Shown here piece by piece: positions 9,241 through 17,648 of a stretch of DNA of 18,450 bases. The first letter of the stretch is position 1, and each line of letters begins with the position of its first letter. Under the pieces are notes generated by a model. The model had not been told where the DNA came from, did no database searches, and was given only the letters and a program-made list of their open reading frames with translations. The position numbers and the translations under genes are program-made. Source of the DNA: Candidatus Heimdallarchaeota archaeon (GTDB taxonomy: Archaea; Asgardarchaeota; Heimdallarchaeia; Hodarchaeales; Hodarchaeaceae); the NCBI GenBank assembly GCA_048881705.1, contig JBHLSH010000065.1, forward strand, positions 1 to 18,450, written 5' to 3'.

Positions 9241-10410
9241 GTGTCTTCCTTTGATGAAATCATTGATCGATCGGGAACAGGCTCGGTAAAATGGGACCCC
9301 GCTTTTTTAAAAGAGCATTTCGGCCATGACGATCTTTTACCACTCTGGGTGGCGGATATGGATTTTCGAACCCCACAACCAGTGATTGATGCTCTTGAAA
9401 ATAGAGCTCGTCATGGAATTTTTGGATATACATTCCCAGGCTCAGAATACTCCGATTCAGTAATCAATTGGTTTAGGAGGCGGCATGGCTGGAACATTGA
9501 TAAGAAATGGATCGTGTTTTCGCCAGGCGTTGTTCCTGCTGTTACCTACATGGTTCAACGGTTTACTCAACCAGGAGACCATGTCATTATCCAGCACCCC
9601 GTGTATCATCCCTTTATGCATTTGATCGAACACAATGGCCGCCAGATTGTCTCAAATCAGCTTAAGATTAGTGGATCTCGTTATCAAATGGATTTTGAGG
9701 ATCTTGAAGAAAAAGCTAAGGACCCTCGCTCAAAACTGTTCATTTTATGTAGCCCCCACAATCCCATTGGAAAAGTTTGGTCGAAAGATGAATTGTACAG
9801 ATTAGGGAGCATCTGTCTTGAAAATAATCTTCTTGTCATTGCAGATGAAATTTGGTGTGATTTAATATTGCCAGGGCATCAGCATACACCTTTTGCCAGT
9901 ATTTCAGAAGAATTTGCCCAAAATTCTATCACCTGCACCTCAGGGAGTAAAACATTTAATCTGGCTGGGCTACAAAATTCCAATATTATTATTCCAAATG
10001 ATCGGCTACGTGAGGACTTCAAAATCCAAATGGAAAAATTGTTCCTTTTTATACCGAATTCTTTCGGATCAATCGCATTACAAGTTGCATATAATACGGG
10101 GGAGGAGTGGTTGAACTCTGTGATCAGCGTGATTAATCGAAATTTAACCATTCTAAAATCCTTTGTGACAAACAAACTTCCCAAAGTATCCATGATCGAA
10201 CCAGAGGGAACCTACCTTGTGTGGCTTGATTTCAGATTAACTGGATTAAGTCCTACAGAATTACAAGATAAAATGTTAACGGAAGCTAAGGTAGCACTCG
10301 ATCCTGGTGATATATTTGGAACTGGAGGAGAAGGATTCCTGAGAATCAATATAGCCTGTCCTAGGTCTATTTTAGAGGAAGCCCTTAAACGGATTGCGAA
10401 AGTTTTTTGA
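9241..10410 (+). CDS. patB: PatB/MalY-family PLP-dependent cystathionine beta-lyase / C-S lyase, 389 aa
   Basis: LWVADMDF, HGIFGY, PVYHPF, LCSPHNPIG, ADEIW, PLP lysine in SKTFNLAG, EGTYLVWLD, RINIACP. GTG start with GGTGA at 9230-9234. Confidence 0.95.
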   Translation: MSSFDEIIDRSGTGSVKWDPAFLKEHFGHDDLLPLWVADMDFRTPQPVIDALENRARHGIFGYTFPGSEYSDSVINWFRRRHGWNIDKKWIVFSPGVVPAVTYMVQRFTQPGDHVIIQHPVYHPFMHLIEHNGRQIVSNQLKISGSRYQMDFEDLEEKAKDPRSKLFILCSPHNPIGKVWSKDELYRLGSICLENNLLVIADEIWCDLILPGHQHTPFASISEEFAQNSITCTSGSKTFNLAGLQNSNIIIPNDRLREDFKIQMEKLFLFIPNSFGSIALQVAYNTGEEWLNSVISVINRNLTILKSFVTNKLPKVSMIEPEGTYLVWLDFRLTGLSPTELQDKMLTEAKVALDPGDIFGTGGEGFLRINIACPRSILEEALKRIAKVF

Positions 10411-10433
10411 TTAGAATCTGGTGGTTTAGAAGC

Positions 10434-10874
10434 ATGCCATTTCAAAATGATCCTGAAACAATCCGATGGAAAATTCATTTGAGTTCGCCTCCTCAAGAAG
10501 TTTTTAGCTTCCTTACGACAGATGATGGCCGAGAGAAGTTTTGGGCGAAAACAGAGAAAGAAAACGATACAATTACATTTACTTTTCCTAATGGTTTCGT
10601 ATGGAAGGGTAAGATTCTTGCAATAGAAGCACCTACTTTTTTTTCTCTTATCTATATTGGCGGATCCGAAGTTTCTTTTATGGTGAAATCCGATGGACAA
10701 GGAGGAACTGATTTGGAGGTCAGAGATAAAGGGGTTCCCAATGAAGACAGGAATGAAGTGATCGCTGGATGGGGATCAGTGCTGATGGCCCTCAAAGGGG
10801 CTGCAGATTTCGGAATTGACCTTAGAAATAATGATCCCACGCGAACATGGGATCAAGGATACTTCGACAATTGA
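10434..10874 (+). CDS. SRPBCC/START-like (Aha1 C-terminal-type) protein, 146 aa
   Basis: IHLSSPPQEVFSFLTT...KFW, GKILAIEAP, and C-terminal helix IAGWGSVLMALK. ATG 10434 is preferred over TTG 10407 because it follows GGTGG. Confidence 0.85.
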   Translation: MPFQNDPETIRWKIHLSSPPQEVFSFLTTDDGREKFWAKTEKENDTITFTFPNGFVWKGKILAIEAPTFFSLIYIGGSEVSFMVKSDGQGGTDLEVRDKGVPNEDRNEVIAGWGSVLMALKGAADFGIDLRNNDPTRTWDQGYFDN

Positions 10875-10925
10875 AAACATGCAAAAACGGACGAATGGAA
10901 AGAAGGATTTGTAATATCAACGTGA

Positions 10926-11081
10926 ATGATTAGGAGGAAACTTGAATTAATTGAGCTAATAGGGGGAGCCAGTTTAACAACGATGAAATATATTGAAGAT
11001 TACTGTACAAAAAAGGGCTTTAGAATTATCGATGCCAGTGGAACGAAACTCGGTTATTTCCTGTTCTTGTACAAGGATTAG
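10926..11081 (+). CDS. Small unannotated ORF, 51 aa: MIRRKLELIELIGGASLTTMKYIEDYCTKKGFRIIDASGTKLGYFLFLYKD
   Basis: Translated by hand. ATG 10926 to TAG 11079-11081; fills the gap and ends 8 nt before the SagB-type gene. Below the ORF-track length cutoff. Confidence 0.5.
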   Translation: MIRRKLELIELIGGASLTTMKYIEDYCTKKGFRIIDASGTKLGYFLFLYKD

Positions 11082-11089
11082 AAACCGTT

Positions 11090-12688
11090 ATGAATAGGGA
11101 AATACCGCTCTTGGGATCTAAAATGAGAAACAATGACATTGAAGCAGCCTGGACGTATCACGACGGTACGAAACATCCACATGGAGAATTAATGGATCCA
11201 TCTCATCGTTACTTCCCGAGTGAACGTCCTTTCCCCTTTAAAGATTATGCAGACCTTCCACGGATATCCCTGCCTTTAGATAAGTCCCCTAGTACATATA
11301 CACTTTATGAAGCACTGAGTGAAACCAGGAATCAATCGGGGGCTCAAGCTATTCCTGATTTAGAAACCCTTGCTCGGATTTTATTTTTCTCAGCTGGATT
11401 GACCAAGAAGTACTCCTTCGACTGGGGGGATCTTCACATGCGCGCCGCCTCTTGCACGGGGGCACTCTATCACATTGAACTATATGTCGTTAGTAAGGAG
11501 CTTCCAGGGCTAGAAGAAGGAGTATATCACTTCAGCCCTCGAGACCTAGCACTGACGTGCCTTCGGGAAGGGAATTATATGTCCTTTATTCGTGAAGCCT
11601 GTGGTTCTAACCCTCAAATCGATCATTCTCCTCTTATTTTGATTGCTACTGATATTTACGAATGGAACGCGGTAAAGTATCAAACTAGGGAGTATCGTCA
11701 TGCATATTGGGATAGTGGAACCATTATATCCCAAATTTTGGCCTTATGCAAGGCGTATCAGCTCCCCGCTACCACCGTTTTAGGATTTCTTGACTCGCAT
11801 GTTAATACGCTATTGAACCTTGATACAACCAAGGAATTCTCACTTGCCGTTATCCCAATCGGCTTTAAAGAAGAACTATCAGCCGCTAGCGACAAACTAA
11901 TCGGTATTACTCCGAAAAATTTTCCCAAAAACCTAGAAGGTGTGAAATATCCAGAGATACATACGATCCATAGGGCCTCATCATTAGTGGATAGTCAAGA
12001 ACTCCAGGAATGGTTAAGGGCGAAACCGCCGGAGAACTTACCTATAGTAACTGGTAAAACGTATCCAATCGCACGACTTCCGCAAGAAGAGCGCCCTTCT
12101 GATCCATTGGAGGAAATTATGCTCCGACGTGGTTCAACACGAAGATTTAAGCATGCTTCGATAACTTTCGAACAGCTATCCTTTGTTTTTGAAATGGCCT
12201 TTGCGAGGAATCCAATTTATTATATGGAGGTAGAAAATCCCCCCTTTCTATCTACTCCGTACCTCATTGCTAACGCCGTAGATGGGTTGCCTTCAGGAGC
12301 GTATGTTTACCATCCTGCATCGAAACAACTAGAGCAATTAAAAGAAGGGGAATATCGTGCGACGGCAAAGTTTTTAGGATTAAACCAAGATCTTCCTGGC
12401 GATGCTAGTGTTACTATATTCTTTTTAACGAATTTAACTCCAGTTTTATCACGTTTTGGAAATCGGGGTTATCGTCTCGCGCAATTAGAGGCCAGTATTC
12501 TAGGCGGAAGGTTCTATTTGGGAGCTTATGGACAAAATTTCGGAGCGACAGGGTTGACCTTTTATGATGATGCGGTTACCGAATTTTTCTCTCCCCATGC
12601 GAAAGGAAAAAGTGTAATGTTCATGGTTTCTCTTGGCAAGAGGGCTAAGGGACGTTTTCATCCTGGAAAATTGCGGATTTTATCCTGA
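11090..12688 (+). CDS. SagB/ThcOx-family FMN-dependent dehydrogenase with tandem nitroreductase-like domains, 532 aa
   Basis: AWTYHDGTKH, RAASCTGALYHIELYV, GVYHFSP, KYQTREYRHAYWDSG; second domain RRGSTRRF and RGYRLAQLEASILGGRFYL, GATGLTFYDD. An alternative start is ATG 11123. Confidence 0.9.
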   Translation: MNREIPLLGSKMRNNDIEAAWTYHDGTKHPHGELMDPSHRYFPSERPFPFKDYADLPRISLPLDKSPSTYTLYEALSETRNQSGAQAIPDLETLARILFFSAGLTKKYSFDWGDLHMRAASCTGALYHIELYVVSKELPGLEEGVYHFSPRDLALTCLREGNYMSFIREACGSNPQIDHSPLILIATDIYEWNAVKYQTREYRHAYWDSGTIISQILALCKAYQLPATTVLGFLDSHVNTLLNLDTTKEFSLAVIPIGFKEELSAASDKLIGITPKNFPKNLEGVKYPEIHTIHRASSLVDSQELQEWLRAKPPENLPIVTGKTYPIARLPQEERPSDPLEEIMLRRGSTRRFKHASITFEQLSFVFEMAFARNPIYYMEVENPPFLSTPYLIANAVDGLPSGAYVYHPASKQLEQLKEGEYRATAKFLGLNQDLPGDASVTIFFLTNLTPVLSRFGNRGYRLAQLEASILGGRFYLGAYGQNFGATGLTFYDDAVTEFFSPHAKGKSVMFMVSLGKRAKGRFHPGKLRILS

Positions 12689-12812
12689 TCCTTCCTTTGA
12701 TATTCGAAATCATATGAGACGACAGAATCGAGAGGGGAAGTAAATCCAAAAATCCCATTTCTTTCTTTCCACCCCGGCAATAAACTACTGATCTCTCACC
12801 ACGGATGAAAAT

Positions 12813-13637
12813 ATGCCCCAAATTAAGGTAAACGACATAGATATTTTTTATGAGGTCAAGGGGAATGGGAAACCATTTGTGTTTATCCATGGTGCGTTTG
12901 TTAGTTCAACAATGTGGAACCCACAGGTTAGTTACTTTTCAGAGAATTACGAAACTGTTGTCTATGACATCAGAGGCCATGGAAAGACTGGTTCTTCAGA
13001 AAAAAAGAAATATTCAGTCGAATTATATGCGGATGACTTAGCTCACTTTCTCGGGAGCTTGGGCATTCAAAAACCAATCATTTGCGGCCTAAGTTTAGGG
13101 GGGATGATAGCCCAGGTGTTCGCCACCAAGTATCCTGCACAGCTCGCCGCGCTCATCGTTTCAGATACAGCTGTAACGATCACTTTAACGTGGTGGGATT
13201 ATATTATGCGATACTTGGTTGGTCCCAAATGGCTCATGTTGTTATCATTAAAAATGATAGGAGTGCCCAGATTTATTCGATTTTCATTTTGGCTAGCTAA
13301 ATTTACCAGAAGTAAAGAATGGCTTGGTAACGAAGAAATTATAGAGTACGAAAGGAAAGAAATGATTCGACTCGATAAAAAAGAGTATCTCAAGATCTTT
13401 GGATCCCTCTACGATTTTAAACTTCAGCCCCTTGAGAAGGTTAGAGTTCCCACCTTGGTCTTAAATGGGCAATATGAACCAAAATCTCTTTTCAAACACG
13501 CGCAGAAGATGGAAGAATTAATTTCTGACTGCGAAATTGATAAAATTCCAAATGCGGGTCATGTCACAAACCTGGAGAACATTCACGACTTCAATCAACG
13601 AATAGAATCATTTCTCAAAGCAAAAGGAATAGAGTGA
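12813..13637 (+). CDS. Alpha/beta-fold hydrolase (enol-lactonase/BioH-like), 274 aa
   Basis: VFIHG oxyanion motif, YDIRGHG, nucleophile elbow GLSLGG, acid at NGQYE, catalytic His in AGHV. Confidence 0.93.
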   Translation: MPQIKVNDIDIFYEVKGNGKPFVFIHGAFVSSTMWNPQVSYFSENYETVVYDIRGHGKTGSSEKKKYSVELYADDLAHFLGSLGIQKPIICGLSLGGMIAQVFATKYPAQLAALIVSDTAVTITLTWWDYIMRYLVGPKWLMLLSLKMIGVPRFIRFSFWLAKFTRSKEWLGNEEIIEYERKEMIRLDKKEYLKIFGSLYDFKLQPLEKVRVPTLVLNGQYEPKSLFKHAQKMEELISDCEIDKIPNAGHVTNLENIHDFNQRIESFLKAKGIE

Positions 13638-13772
13638 ATGCTCACAACCTTCAGAGCAGCCGTCTTCGGGGTAGTGGTAAATTGTGGGGAGTGGGTGGTG
13701 GTATTTCATCTTGTTCGGACGGAATACCAGTTCATGAATTCTTATAAAGGCATACATGCGCATTCTCCATAA
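13638..13772 (+). CDS. Possible small hydrophobic ORF, 44 aa: MLTTFRAAVFGVVVNCGEWVVVFHLVRTEYQFMNSYKGIHAHSP
   Basis: The ATG directly abuts the hydrolase stop (TGA-ATG). No family recognised. Confidence 0.2.
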   Translation: MLTTFRAAVFGVVVNCGEWVVVFHLVRTEYQFMNSYKGIHAHSP

Positions 13773-14123
13773 CAATGTCACTCACTCCGCTCCTCATATG
13801 AAACGGTGCGAGGGGAACTCGCGCTCTAATTTTGTGGGAATTGGTCTAGGCTGTCGAATCAATTAAATTGAACACCCTCCCTTCGATTTACAGCTGTTTC
13901 TGCAAATCCCTAAATCAGTATGCGAATTAGAGTGAGTAGTACCATTGTTTTAGACTCTTTTAATCAGGAACCTCGATTAACAAGCTTTTTCTTGGATCTA
14001 CTCATTCTTCACGGATTTTACCACATTTACTGCCTTTGATGTGTTCTAGATTGAATGAAAGCTGTTAACGGTTTTTTTTTGAAACTGAGACATTCCCACT
14101 CAAGAAAGAAGTCAACCTTCAGA
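13645..14123. repeat. 11-bp direct repeat CAACCTTCAGA bracketing a long intergenic segment
   Basis: Identical copies at 13645-13655 and 14113-14123. Confidence 0.55.
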
Positions 14124-14137
14124 ATAAGGTGAGAATG

Positions 14138-15124
14138 ATGAGTCAAACTAGAAGAAAGTTCAAATGGTATAGATTTAACGTTGCACGAAGAATTAGAATC
14201 CTAGAGGGTGAGGATCTAACAAGTGAACTAGAAGAAACAATTGAGGATATTAAAAGCAAGAAATTAGATAAAGCAGGCATTTTCAGGTTGTTCATCCGGC
14301 AATTAGAGGATATCATCGCCGAAACACGATTCAAGCCTAAACAAAAGGGACGGAAATTCGATCCATTCCACATTCCTCGCTCTGGCGATGGGAGGGTCGT
14401 TCTTTTTGGGCTGTCCAATGCGGGAAAAAGCACACTTATGAATGCCATCACCAATACTAATGTCAAAACTGGTGATTACCTCCATACGACGAGAACAGCG
14501 ATCGCGGGCACGTGTGAGTATGATAAGTTAAAAATTCAGATCATTGATGTTCCAGGTTTTCTAGATTTCAAAGAGGACTGGATTATCAGTAAACAGATTG
14601 TTCGAGTGGCTAGAAGCTGTGATGCAGTGCTTATGGTAATAGATCTGTCCGTAGACATCGCCCGCCAATATCGCTTCCTCCTGAAGCAGCTGGAAAATGC
14701 CAGACTTATAGAAAATGGCAGATCAATCTACAAATTAGGGATTATTGCGACAAAAGGAGATCTTGCCGGGTCCAAAGAGCAATATACCCGTTTAAAATCA
14801 ATGACATGCCTACCCATGCATCCGATCACGATTAAAAACGAAAATTCTCTAGTGAAATTAAAAGAATACGTGTTCAATGTTCTTGACGTGATGAGAATCT
14901 ATACAAAACCCCCACGACGGGAAGCAAACCTTGAACAACCATTCATCTGCCCTATTGGAACCACGGTCAGCGAGCTGGCTGAACGGATCCACAAAGATTT
15001 TATTCCGCAATTCAGGCACGCAAAGATATGGGGTTCCTCTGTTGAATTTCCTGGGAAACAAGTAGGTTTGGAACACGTGATGGAGGATGGTGATATCATC
15101 GAAATAACGGTAAGAAGAGGATAA
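14138..15124 (+). CDS. DRG/Obg-family GTPase with a C-terminal TGS domain, shortened form, ~328 aa
   Basis: G1 GLSNAGKST, G2 YLHTT, G3 DVPG, G4 TKGD; TGS RIYTKPP...HKDF...AKIWG...VGLEHVMEDGDIIEI. The tracked GTG at 14129 is part of a GGTGA RBS, so ATG 14138 (or 14135) is the likelier start. Confidence 0.92.
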   Translation: MSQTRRKFKWYRFNVARRIRILEGEDLTSELEETIEDIKSKKLDKAGIFRLFIRQLEDIIAETRFKPKQKGRKFDPFHIPRSGDGRVVLFGLSNAGKSTLMNAITNTNVKTGDYLHTTRTAIAGTCEYDKLKIQIIDVPGFLDFKEDWIISKQIVRVARSCDAVLMVIDLSVDIARQYRFLLKQLENARLIENGRSIYKLGIIATKGDLAGSKEQYTRLKSMTCLPMHPITIKNENSLVKLKEYVFNVLDVMRIYTKPPRREANLEQPFICPIGTTVSELAERIHKDFIPQFRHAKIWGSSVEFPGKQVGLEHVMEDGDIIEITVRRG

Positions 15125-15282
15125 TAGTTAACAAGGTAAAAGCCAATATCTTAGAGATGTTACGAATGGGTAGATAAAAAAATTGTTCCCCTTCTAAAAA
15201 CGTTTGAAATTTCACCCTATAATCGGGAACTTCAATGGCGATATTGAACTAGAACAGTTTTAGTATTCATAAGTTAGCCGTA

Positions 15283-15942
15283 CTACGCTGACCTTTCAGC
15301 AAGTAACTTTATTGCGAGTTTTCCAGCCCCGGCGGCGGTGGCTGCCCATCCATCAGCGCCAATTTCCTTTTGCCATTTTTCACTCGTTGGTGCTCCCCCA
15401 ACGATTACTACATAATCGTCACGTTTCCCCAGTGCGGTAAGGAGTTCGAGAACTTCTTTTTGTGAAGTCATAGTTGTTGTCATTAATGACGAGAGAGCGA
15501 TGACATCTGCCCCAACTTCCTCGGCCTTTTGGACAAACTGCATAGAAGGTACATCCTTTCCTAGGTCAAACACATCAAACCCCGCAACTTCCAACATTAC
15601 CTTAACAATATCTTTTCCAATCTCATGAATGTCTCCATGCACCGTTCCAATAACGACCGTTCCTTTTTTGGTTGTTTTGATCGTAGATTCCTTAATTTGG
15701 GCCATCAGTACTGAAGTGGCTGCCTGCATTGCCTGTGCTGCTACCATAAGTTCAGGAAGGAAAATTTCCATTTTATCAAATTGATCCCCAATTTTTTCCA
15801 TAGTAGGATTAAGAACCTCATCAATGACCCGTAGGGGATCAACCTTCGCTTCCACGAGCTCCTGGGCTATTGACTTTGCTGTTTTTGGTTCATATTCCTC
15901 TATAGATCGCTTCAGTGATGCGAAAAGCTCCTCTTGAGACAT
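15283..15942 (-). CDS. Methyltransferase cognate corrinoid protein (MtmC/MtbC/MttC-like), 219 aa
   Basis: Cap domain IGDQFDKMEIFLPEL; B12-binding DxHxxG motif as GDIHEIGKDIV; also SSLMTTT and VGGAP. Confidence 0.95.
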   Translation of the reverse strand: MSQEELFASLKRSIEEYEPKTAKSIAQELVEAKVDPLRVIDEVLNPTMEKIGDQFDKMEIFLPELMVAAQAMQAATSVLMAQIKESTIKTTKKGTVVIGTVHGDIHEIGKDIVKVMLEVAGFDVFDLGKDVPSMQFVQKAEEVGADVIALSSLMTTTMTSQKEVLELLTALGKRDDYVVIVGGAPTSEKWQKEIGADGWAATAAGAGKLAIKLLAERSA

Positions 15943-15983
15943 TTTTGATTCTATCCTTGTAAGTGAGAAGTCATACCTTGGAC

Positions 15984-15995
15984 ATTATAAAAAAA
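15984..15995 (-). promoter_or_regulatory. Probable archaeal TATA box for the corrinoid gene
   Basis: The minus strand reads TTTTTTTATAAT about 42-53 nt upstream of ATG 15942, with AAGGA in the short leader. Confidence 0.45.
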
Positions 15996-16088
15996 GTTTG
16001 GGTACCCACCAGAAACATGTGATGCTGACGAGGGTATTAGATAATGTGAGGCCAGGATTTGATTATCCATATTGTACAGATAGATACT

Positions 16089-16117
16089 CAGGAGGAAATA
16101 TGATCCTCCCTGGATGA
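16089..16117 (+). promoter_or_regulatory. Hairpin enclosing GGAGG and the ATG of a 5-codon mini-ORF (MILPG)
   Basis: GGAGGA (16091-16096) pairs with TCCTCC (16104-16109). The ATG starts at 16100 in the loop; TGA is at 16115-16117. Confidence 0.3.
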
Positions 16118-16302
16118 ACTACTTTGTTTAATATGTTTAAGGAGAGCTCTTAAGTCCCCTCCCCAAACTAAACTCTTTTATGTTTCAAGAAAGATGCATG
16201 GAAAGATCTATCGATATTCAAAATCCGCAACAAACTGATTGCAATGCTAACACGAGTTTTATCTAGTACAGGCATATTTGTGGTGGATTCATCAAGGAAT
16301 AA

Positions 16303-17484
16303 GTGCTCATGAATCAGAACGGCCAAAGTGGACATAAGAGACTGAACTTTGTTGATAATCTTCGGATTTTCTTAACATCACTTGTAATACTTCATCACGC
16401 GGCTATTGGTTATGGAGGATATGGAGGCTGGTTTCTATACCAAGCGGATTTTTCTCCCATTGATGATTTCACTATTATTCTTCTGACTTTTTTTGTTGCA
16501 ATTAACCAGTCCTATTTCATGTCGATTTTCTTTTTGTTTGCAGGTTATTTTACGGTTCAGTCCTATAATAGGAAGGGCCCTCTGATTTTTTACCGGGATA
16601 GGTTTATTCGATTTTTAATCCCGATATTGCTGTATTTGATCTTCCTCAACCCCTTGTTAAATCTTATGCTTTTAAAAGGAGCGTACGAAGTTGAAACAGA
16701 TTACTTTATCCTCTTTGAAGACAATCTCACAAATATTTGGAATGGAATCGGCCATCTTTGGTTTCTCTTCGCATTGTTACTGTTTTCCATAGGGTATGGC
16801 GTATACAGATCAATCAACGGAGAATCTAATCAACTAGCGCAGGCTGGCCATGAAAAAATTAGTTTTCCCTCACAAAAATTGATTTTGGTTTCAATCGGGG
16901 GGTTATCACTCATTACCTTCATTATTCGGTTGGAATATGCCATCGGCGAAACTGAACTTTTCGGGTTCCAGTTTGCTCATTTTACCCATTATCTCTTTTC
17001 TTTTATCATTGGTATTGTTTCCTACCAGAAACAATGGCATCATGCACTTTCATGGGAACGCATCAAACCATATGCTCTTACCGGGCTTCTTTTAGTGCCA
17101 GCAGCCCTTGTTTTTCTCATTTCATTGGCGGATTTCTCCACAGCTGCCCCATTTGATCCTTTCATTGGGGGATTTACCTATCAATCATTTCTATATGTTG
17201 TTGTCGAGTCAATTGCACTCATCTGTTTTACGATCACCTTATTGTACCTTTTCCAAGCATATTTCAACTTCCAAAATGGATTTACACAAGAGATTGCACA
17301 AAGCTGCTATACGGGGTATATTATTCACCCATTAGTGGTTATATCCTTAATGATCCCGTTATTATCAGTTTCTATATTCCCCCTGGGGAAATTTGTGATC
17401 GTTTCTACCTTGAGTTTGGCTTTAGTTTTCTCTATCAGTTTCTTGATTCGACAAATCCCTTTTGCAAAACGAATTCTTGGTTAG
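16303..17484 (+). CDS. Acyltransferase-3 family membrane protein (OpgC/MdoC-like), 393 aa
   Basis: DNLRIFLTSLVILHH, FFLFAGYF, DRFIRFLIP, GHLWFL, CYTGYIIH; about 10 hydrophobic segments. Start is GTG 16303 or ATG 16309. Confidence 0.92.
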   Translation: MLMNQNGQSGHKRLNFVDNLRIFLTSLVILHHAAIGYGGYGGWFLYQADFSPIDDFTIILLTFFVAINQSYFMSIFFLFAGYFTVQSYNRKGPLIFYRDRFIRFLIPILLYLIFLNPLLNLMLLKGAYEVETDYFILFEDNLTNIWNGIGHLWFLFALLLFSIGYGVYRSINGESNQLAQAGHEKISFPSQKLILVSIGGLSLITFIIRLEYAIGETELFGFQFAHFTHYLFSFIIGIVSYQKQWHHALSWERIKPYALTGLLLVPAALVFLISLADFSTAAPFDPFIGGFTYQSFLYVVVESIALICFTITLLYLFQAYFNFQNGFTQEIAQSCYTGYIIHPLVVISLMIPLLSVSIFPLGKFVIVSTLSLALVFSISFLIRQIPFAKRILG

Positions 17485-17532
17485 GATCGGGGAAAAAGCG
17501 TAGTATTTGTCTCGATATTACCCTTAGGTATT

Positions 17533-17589
17533 TTCTCGAATCGAGAATTCCGCAGTCACTGAAATGGAATGGTAAACCTTTGTCAAAGG
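17533..17589. promoter_or_regulatory. Two perfect odd palindromes upstream of the MtmB-like gene
   Basis: TTCTCGA-A-TCGAGAA (17533-17547) and CCTTTG-T-CAAAGG (17577-17589). Confidence 0.35.
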
Positions 17590-17648
17590 CGTTAGATAAA
17601 AGCGAAACAATCATATGTCCTTTCCATTTTCTCTAGGTTTTGATTTTC

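Noticed and set aside
9355-9385. GGTTCGAA on the minus strand resembling a tRNA T-loop
   Set aside because: It lies inside the conserved MDFRTP codons of PatB and no cloverleaf forms.
9838-9861. PatB DEIW in place of the usual DEIH
   Set aside because: As far as I recall this variant occurs in other PatB/MalY homologues, and all other PLP motifs are intact.
13668-13701. G-rich tract as a G-quadruplex
   Set aside because: Only three runs of 3 or more G, so at best a weak two-tier structure.
9195-14094. 10-mer CTGAGACATT found ~45-55 nt upstream of both PatB (9195) and the GTPase (14085)
   Set aside because: Only two copies of a 10-mer in 18 kb, ahead of unrelated genes; cannot be distinguished from chance.
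2089-14100. Idea that TGA is read as Trp, prompted by protein-like intergenic frames broken by TGA
   Set aside because: TGA cleanly ends several real genes (PatB, SagB, MFS, hydrolase), the long genes have no internal TGA, and stop density in these gaps is about what chance predicts.
15943-16302. Cobalamin riboswitch upstream of the corrinoid gene
   Set aside because: No B12-box or GGGAA/CGGTG core seen on either strand, and the apparent TATA box implies a very short leader.
70-17335. Remaining antisense or nested ORFs in the track (e.g. 70-303, 4145-4444, 6810-7259, 9879-10193, 10212-10700, 14143-14466, 17108-17335)
   Set aside because: They shadow well-supported genes and have no recognisable motifs.
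7709-17484. Amber read-through as pyrrolysine at TAG-ending genes (GNAT, Ddn, AT3)
   Set aside because: Each TAG falls at the natural end of its family domain. Read-through of GNAT and AT3 hits another stop quickly, and neither the AT3 nor the Ddn TAG is in frame with the next gene.
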